A stretch of 64,000 bases of DNA from positions 1 to 64,000 of the IMG/VR virus record IMGVR_UViG_3300023109_000014; one strand, 5' to 3'. The position numbers and the translations under genes are program-made. Below are positions 52,301 through 61,300 of the stretch, piece by piece. A model generated the notes under the pieces. That model saw only the letters and a program-made list of their open reading frames with translations, did not search any database and had not been told where the DNA came from. This stretch comes from a virus. The stretch's first letter is position 1, and every line of letters begins with the position of its first letter.

Positions 52301-55300
52301 ATGAGCCTGAGGCAAAAAAAATAAATATTACTGAGAAAGAGGGTTTGAAGTATGAAGGAGGAACATTTTCTGCGGGAGCTGCTTTGAGGGTTGCAAAATA
52401 TTATCCTGGAGCAACAGAATCTATATTTAGGGAAATTCGATCTTTGGAAGAAAAAGGCGTTTCAAGCCCTCTTGATCAAGTCCAGCTTACTATTCCAGAA
52501 AAAGGTTCGAAAGAATTTTCTTCTTATAACGGACCAGTGGTTACGAACAAAATTGATGAAGGAGGAGTAAGTTCTAAAAATTATCTTAATAAAATTAGAA
52601 GCGTTCATAAGGTAACTCCTAATGAAGGGCAATTTGCTTCTGTAGGAATGCCTAATATTGATGCGAAAAGTCAATATACTAGAGGGGCAATAAATAGCTT
52701 TTCTCAATTCGATTATGTTCCTAATTTTAGCAAAACAGAGGGTCGAGCAAAGGGAATTATTCGTTCTGCTAGAGAGCTAAGTATTGCTATGGAAAAAATG
52801 AATGAGCTTCCTGAAAATATTACCCCTTCTCAAATTGCGGAATTTAATCAAAAGGGGTCTGCCGTATTAGAAAATATTAATAGCTTAGGCAACCCAAACC
52901 AGCAAACTCTCACAAAAACACAAAAAGCTCTTGTTTCAAAAATGCAGGATCCAGAAGTTGTTAAAACTTTTCAGTCCATTGGGATAGATAACTTTAATTC
53001 TGATCTTGCTCAATTTGTTAACCCTGACAGTCTTGGAGAACCTCCTCAACCAGCTAGATTTAACCCTTTAGTTATTCAAAGTGCCGAAACAGGGCGGGCG
53101 GTTGAAAGCGGCACAAAGGTACTTCCGAGAGATATTAAGAGCGGTAAGTTTAACGTTGCGCAAGTTATGCTTAATGATGAAAATTTAGATGAATTTATTG
53201 AACCTTCAGAATCTAAAAATATTCAAGCAGTCGTTCAGTCTTCTCAAGACAGCGGGCAAAAGTTTAACGAAAATAAGAAAAAGTTACAAGAAAAGCGGCC
53301 AAATTATGCTAGTGGTAAGGGTACTCGCTATACTGATGAACCTACCGCTCCAAAAGCTGGAACACTAACTACCGCAAAGAAAGAAGGTTTTGTTGGTATA
53401 GAGTCTCACGGCCCTTCAAAAGCGCTCGCAACCCAAGTGAGAAACGAGGAAAACGCTTTAAAGAACACTACAAAAGAATTAGTTAAGGATGGTGAAGGAG
53501 GATTCATGAGAAATGCTTCCTCTTGGATTCGCAAAAAATTACAAACTATAAGGTTTCTTGATGGCAGCTCCAACGAGCAGAAACAAGGGATGTCTATAGA
53601 AAAAGAAAATGCTGTATTAAAGCAAATAGAAGATGATGGAATTGTTCGATACCCATCAGATGATAGCGCTTCCCCTTTAGAGAAATCGCCAGAATTTAAA
53701 CAACAAATTTCTGAAGTTTTAGACAATCAAGATTTGTCTTCTCAGGAAAGGGGTACGTCCCAAATTGAACAGCAAACAGAAACTTGGAGAAAAAGAGAGC
53801 ACTCTCTTACAGAAAAAATTCAGAGAGCTACAAAAGCAAGACAACTCAAAAGACAAAGAAGCAGGGCTCAAGAGCTAGGTTCTGCCGAACGACAAAGAAA
53901 AACAAATTTAGATGCCAAAAATAAAAGACAAGAAGCTAAAGAAAGAGAGAAGCGGAAGGTTCGAGAAATCCAAGAAAGGCAAATTGATGAAGGTTTAGGT
54001 CGACAGAAAATTGGCACCAATTCAGAAACTGGAAAAAGTATTTATCATTACGATAACCCTCAACTTAGAGAATTAAGCTCTTGGGATAAGTTGAAGCATC
54101 ACATGCTAAAATTTGTTGGGTTAGACGAGGGTTCGTATTACGAAGAGGTTGAACGTCAAAATAAGATCGTAAGAAACAAACAAATGCAGGATATTGCTAC
54201 TGGCGGAATTAATACTCAGCAATCTAAGTCTATGTCAACTCTTGAGAAGCTTAAATTAATGTCTGAACGCGATGTTCTAATTGAGTCTAGCGAGTTTGCA
54301 AAAGAAACAGACGGACAAAAAATATTAAGAGGAACTCCAGGCGAGCGAAGAAAATCTTCTTTGTTTGACATTCAACAAAAAGCAGGGGTCGGCGGAAAGC
54401 CTGCGGTTATTAATCTTGCGGGAGATATTTCTAGCCAAACGAATATCGCTGGCAGTTCATCTAAGTCTAGTAGTTTGACTCAATTATCTCAATCTAGAGC
54501 TGCCGAAGCTCAGCCCACGTTAATGGATAAGATAAGGAACGTTAAAAAACAACTGTCTGAAAAATTTGGAAAAGTAACATTAAGTCCAACAAGCTCGGCC
54601 TCTGTTCTGCAAGAGTATGATATTCTTGATTCTAGTGGAAGGGTCGTAGCTAAAATGGGTTCCAATGGTGAGGTGCTACCTTTTGAAGTTGATAATTCAC
54701 CTGTTATATATAACGCTCAGGGTCAAAAAATAGGAGCGGATAAAGTAATTCAAGTTCAGGAGAAACAGTTTGCGTTGCAAAGCTCTCCCATGAATGATGG
54801 CCAGTTATCTACAAGCGTTAATCAATCTGACGTGTTAGAACAAAAAGCTTTATTTGATATTGGTGAAAAAATTAAAAGCGGAGCGCCTATTTCTTCAGCG
54901 GAAACTAATTTAGTTCAAAATTGGGCAAATAAAAATTCAGAACTTGTCGGCTCGATTAATGCAGACGATGTAGATAACGCTCTTTTGTTAGAAAATAACG
55001 TTGTCGATAATAAGCAAATTAGAATTGGTAGGATGGGCGAGGAACTTTCAAATTTAACATCTGTTACGAATGCAGCAAATGCAGAAGCTCAGGTAGAGTC
55101 TTTAATTAAAGACCCTCAGTTCGTTGATAGCGCAACTAGGACAATGCCTGGAGATAACTTGCATTTGCAAAGAGTTTTTGATTCTATAGATGATAAAAAT
55201 AGGAAAACGAAAAGTACCCCAATCAAAACAGAGACTGCGTTGGATAGGGTTAAGAGCAATGCTAATATAAATCAAAGAGCAAATGCTTTAAGCAAAGAAA

Positions 55301-58300
55301 TGGTATCTAGAGATATAAGAAAAAATTCATCCCTAGAACTTCAGAAAAGATTAAGACTAAACAAAGGTTTTGATACAACCGAATTAAATACAAAGTTTTC
55401 CAACGAAAAATCCAGGCTTGAGGAGTTATTGAAAAATCCAAGTATTCCTTCTGATAAGAAAGTTGGCCTAAACGAAGATTTAAAAATATTGACAAGAAAT
55501 CGGAATGAGCATTTAAATACTCTTAGACCTGGTTTTATGGAGAGAAAGGAAATATTAATAAACGAACAGTTTAAAAATATTATGAGAGACACTGGTTTAA
55601 TGTCGTTGACTGGAGGTGGCGCAGACGGAGTTTCTTCTAACGATCCAGTTAATCAGTTTATGAAAGATAAGCTTGGGCCGAAAGTTTGGAACATGGATGG
55701 AAATTTTGTTAAAACTAAACAGCATTTGGCCAGCGCAATTTTTGGCGAAGAGCATAAATTTAATAAAGAGTTGACTGAGTCATTAGTTGATAGGCAGTTA
55801 AGATCGACAATATTAAATACAAAAAGTGAAACTTTTGGGTTGAGTGATCATATGCGTTCTAACCTTATAGACATGGATAAATTTGTAGGTATGGGTTTAG
55901 GCGATGAATTTTTGAACAGTGCAAAAAAACAAGGATTACATCAATCAGATATAGGCGTTTCTAAAATGGTGGACTTTATGGATCTTATGGATCCTGCTGG
56001 CAATAAAATTGACGGAGAGGGTAAACAAAAATTAAAAAAACAAGGCATTCAAAAGATATTTCAAAAAATCCAGAACGGAGAATTATTTTCTCAAACTGCG
56101 ATTAGAGGAAGAACAGTTCCTATAATACCTAAAGATGCAGAAACTGTCTTAAAGAACCTTTCTGGAGAAAGTACATCCGCACAAATAAACGCTGCGAGAT
56201 TAATTGAAAATGAACAGAAGATATCTTCTTTAGCTGCAGAAAAAGGAAGTGGCGTAATTAGCCAGTCAAATTTAAAAATCGCTGCAAGTGAATTAGAGGC
56301 GGGAGATATTAACGAAAATGGTATAGACTTTGACAAAGTTAGGATGAGCTCTGAAGAAATTTCAAACGTTCAATCTATGATGGATTCTATTGACGCAGAC
56401 CCCGATCAAAAAACAGATCAAAGAGTTTCTCAATTGTCTGAAGCTCTTGATCCACAATCAAGCAACGAATCTGTGCGAAGTTTATCTCAATTAAAATCTC
56501 TTGAATTAGAGGCTGACAGAGCTGCAGAAAAAGCAGAATTTAAAAAGTTATTAAGTTTGGGTAGCGGGGCTACTCCTGAAGATGTAGGTAGAATGTCTGA
56601 CCTGCTTCAGTTACATGACCAAAAAATAGAATTAGGTAGATCTTCTAATTTTGATTTAGAAGACGTAAATCAAGCGAGAACAACTATTAAAAATACCGCC
56701 AAGGAAAAAGTTGCAACAGCTAGCTCCACTATTGGTAAAGAACTTTCTCAAAAGAGTGAGCCTGGACAAGCACAAAAAAGAGCTATAGAGGAATTAGAAA
56801 AAATTGATCAAGCTGATCCTGTTGAGCAGGCTGAAGCTATACGTTCAACAAATCAAGAGGCAGAGGCAAAGGTTCGGTCAGCGAGTTTGGATCAGGGAGA
56901 AGATATAGTTCAACAAACAGTTGATCAGGTCGAAGATGTTGATGAAACATGGAAGGAAACTAAGGAGTCTCACATGTCTGATCCAGATAGAGCTGCTTCT
57001 GCTGGAAGACTGGAAGAATTGGGTGAAAAGTATCGAGCAATAATCCAATCCGCTACAGATAGTAAAGCATGGAGAACGACAAGGTCATTAACTAAAAATG
57101 TTCTAGGTGCTGGAATGGGACTTGTTCATCTTCCAGGAAAAGCTAAAGATTTAACAACTGAAGCTTATGGAAGCGTTAAGGAAAGAATTGATGCATTTAA
57201 AAAGGCTCAGGCAGAGAAATTTAATAAAAGAAAAGCAGAACAAATAAAGCATCCAGACGGAAAATCTTCAGGAAATTTTGAACAGCAAGAGAAAAGCAGA
57301 GTAATTGACGCTAAACTAGCTCAGCTGCCAAACACGAAAACAAGCAGAGGGGATTCAAGCTTGGACGATAGCCTTCAGAAAACAAAAAGATTTCATATTG
57401 ATGGAGAAAATATGACACCCTTTGAGCAAGATCTTCATGATAGAATGACTGGCAAAGTTAGAGTCAAGGATTCTGCAGGCAAAACAGTAGAAACTTTTTA
57501 CGATAAAAAAATTGCATCAGTGATTACAAACTCAGATGTTGGTAGAATTTCCAGGGTTGAGGATTCTATTACTGGTAGCTCTTATACTAATCGAGGTTTA
57601 AAGTTGAGAAATCTTCTTCCTGGAACTGCAAGTAGAAACATTGAGGGTCGATCTTTTATTCCTCCAGCTTTGCAGGAGATCGCATCGCTAGGTGGTCTTG
57701 ATGGTCAAGGTAGCAAATTAAAGCTTGATAAAGAAGGCCTTGCTCAAAGAGCTAAAAATATTGGCTCAGAAATATTTACTGGAAAACTTAGCTCTCCCGT
57801 TCAGAGCCTTTTTTCTACTAAAGAATTTCAGACTCAACTTGCGGAAACTAAATCTAGCGGAGCTCATGTAGCAATTCCTGAAGAATTTTCAAAAACCGTA
57901 AAATACGGAAAAAAGGGAGAAGCTAGTGTTTTAGATATAGATGGTGCTGCAGATGAACTTATAAAAGAAACAAGATTGATTGATCATGTTGGAGATGATG
58001 GCAAGCTAACTAGTTTTTCTTCAGATGAATTTCAAGCTTTCAGGGAATCAGAATTTCAAAAAATAGAACAAAGATTTGCGGGCGTTGATAATCCTGCAGA
58101 TCCAGTTCAGAACGAACAAAGAATAACTCAAATTAACGAACAAAAAGAAATGTTCGATAATAAAATTCTTGCCAATAATGCAGTTGATGAATCTGGCCAA
58201 GTTGTTGGTAGAAACACATTAACCTCAGAAGCCGCTCGAAAAAGAATTGCAAACATCCAAAAAATGTCGGTATCTGATGGTATGATTAGAAAGCAAAAGG

Positions 58301-61300
58301 CTATTAGTGATGCAGCCAATTTTGGTGGAGGGTCTGCCCGAGGAATGACTGTATCGAGCTTGATTAATATAGGAGCAATTGGTTTGGCTCAAACCGAAAC
58401 TGGAATGTCTACTATTGATTCTCTCGCAGGGTCGTTTGATTTTAGCAGAAAAGATAAATTTGGCGTAAGGCTAGCTGGCGGCGAACTTGCGACTTCTTCT
58501 GGGGTAAGTGTTAAAAGTCAGCAACACTTACTTAACGAAGAAAAAATGAGTCAATTAAAATCTATGGCCGAGAGCAAGCGAGATGGAGATCGAGCTGCTA
58601 CGGAAAAATATAGAACACAAGGCAAAGACTTTTTAGAATCTACTGGCCTTGCAGAAGCTGGTTCCGCTAAACCAATTCTTTTTGACACAAAAGAAGAGGC
58701 AGAACAATGGTCTAAGACTATGACAGACAAACATGGTACTCAATTCGCTGGCACTCAAAATTTATCAGCCTCCAAAGACGGACAGAAAATATTGAGAGAA
58801 ATGGGGGTAAGTTTTTCTCAAGAAGAATTAATTGCTGGTCAGTCGGGCGCAACTGTAGTTGGCGCTACAGGAGGTTTACTTGCTGAAAGTGGCGCAATGG
58901 CTCTAAAGGCTAGAATAGGAATTAATGGAACAAGAATGACTACGGGAGCAGCTTTACGAATAGGCGCTACACAGGCTTTCTTGCCTGGTTTAGCTATTGA
59001 GGCTGGTATTGCTACAGGAGAACATTTTAGAGATAGTCATTCTGGCCACCTGTTTAGTGTTGCGGGAATTGATGTCGATGAGGGCGAAGCTTTAGGTCTA
59101 GCTGGTTATATGGCAGGAGGCGCTGTTGCAGGAACTTTCTTGGGGGGCCCTATGGGTGCTGTGGTCGGTGGCCTTGCTGGAGCAGGGGCGTATGGGGCAA
59201 GAGTCGCAATTGGTGAGCATGTAAATTTTGACCCAGATGAAATAAATTCTGGAACGTTTAGAATGAGTCCCGATGAGCTTAAGGCTAGACAACAAGAAAT
59301 TATAGAACTTGCAAGAAGTAAATCCAACGAAATTAGGAAAATTATGGATACTGCTGCAATGTCTAATTATACCTCTCGCAATAAAAAAATTAAAAGCGAT
59401 TTTGTTTCAGAGGAGGGGTTTGAGACGTTTTATGAGAGATCTGAAATGCAAAAACAACAAAGACTATTGACTGAAAAAGCTTCAATAATAAGAGAGAGTT
59501 TTTTACTCGCAGAGAAAATGGACGCAAAAATATTAGCGAACAGAGAATTAAAGCAGAAAGGGGAGGTTAATGATAATTGGTTTGCTGAAGACGATCCAGT
59601 ATTTAAGCAGAATTATACTGCTGACGCTATTTCTAAAATTTTAAGTGATACAACCTCTCTTTATGACCCTAATATGTTTACAGATATTAAGACTATGAGA
59701 AAGATGGCTAAAGAAGGAAAAACTCAAAATGAAATTCATGCAGAGATGCAGTCTGCAGATTTTAAGTTTGAAAGAATAAATCCAGACACTGGACAGATGG
59801 AAACTATTATGCCTAACACAGAAGAAGCTTTAGCGCAGAGAGGTATTAAGTCTCAGAAGTATTTAAGTGGCTTAGGTAGAATAAATGACTTCAATGCCAA
59901 ACAAGGCTTAATGAGATCTAGTACTGATTTTGCCTCTGCAAGTTCTGTAGAGGAAGCTATAGAAATTGGTTCTATGTCTCAAGGCCAGTTTGAGGAAGAA
60001 AAGCTTCGCTGGAATCCCAAGTCTGAAGGAAAATTTGCAAAGCTAAAAGACAGAAGACATAAATTATTTTATTCAGAAGGTAAAAAAATTACCAATCATG
60101 ATCAGTGGTTAGAAGCTATTCAAAGAGGGCAATTGGATTACGGTCGAATTAACTATCCGATGGAAATGGCTCAAGTAATGGGAGTACCTACAATGGAGGG
60201 GGAGAGAGTCGTGAAGAATGCTGATATCACTTCTGATGTCAAAAATGCATTTAATTATTTTCAAGATAAGGGTACTTTGTATAGAAAACCTATTCAGGCT
60301 ACAGATAGAATTATAGAATCTATGGGAATGAAGAGTAAGGGTTCAGATGATCAGGGAGAGTCTAAAATTGATGAATGGATGTTAGGAAAGCAAGATGATG
60401 GATGGAATGTTCAGTATCATCCTGAATCAAAATCTGTTATGATGCAGCACGAAAAGCACGGCCTCATTTCTTTTCCAAGAGGAGCTGATCCTAGTGATCC
60501 TAGAAGTCTTGAAAGCTTGTATGAGAAATATATGTTTGATATTACAAAGAGTAAGTATGAGGATGGAATTATTCATAATAATAAGAGTGGGTATGACCCT
60601 GCTAATACTGCTGGAATGTCAGATTCTGACCCGCTTAGGGATATTAACTCTTCTGATCAAGTGGGTTTTTCAAAAAGTAAATTTAAAACATTTGAAGAAT
60701 TTGATAAAACTATTCCCGAAGAACAGAGAGTTATGCTTTCTGCGATGTCCGCTTTGTTTAAAAGAGGCGAAGGCTTAAATGATGTTCGAAAAAATAGAGT
60801 AAGTACTGGCAATAAAGTTGACGAGTACGCTCAAGCTTTTGAGGATTTGAAAAATGATCACAGTATGTATGGAGAATTCCAGAAAGCAATCACAGAAAGA
60901 AATATTGGAATAAACACTTCTAAAACAATGATTGGGCAAGCTGGTTTTGATATGCAAAAAGGTTTGGGTAATACAAGTCAGTTGGAAAATATTAATTCAG
61001 AACTTGGTATTAAAGATAAAGCTTATAATTTTAACCTTGGAAACTTAAGCGAAGAAGATCTTCAATCTTATACAAGTAGGTTTAGCGGAGCTATTGCAAA
61101 AAAACAACAAGATTATCAAGTAGTAAAAGAAAAGGTTTCAAGCAGGCAGGCAGAAATATCTCTCATAAATAAAAAAATAAATAGCGGAGTTAATCAAGAC
61201 GAGAAAAATAAACTTATAACAAAAAGAACAAAAATTGAAGAAGCTCTAAAACAAACAAAAATTAAAAAAGGCAACTTAGAATCTTTTATTACTGCTCCAG

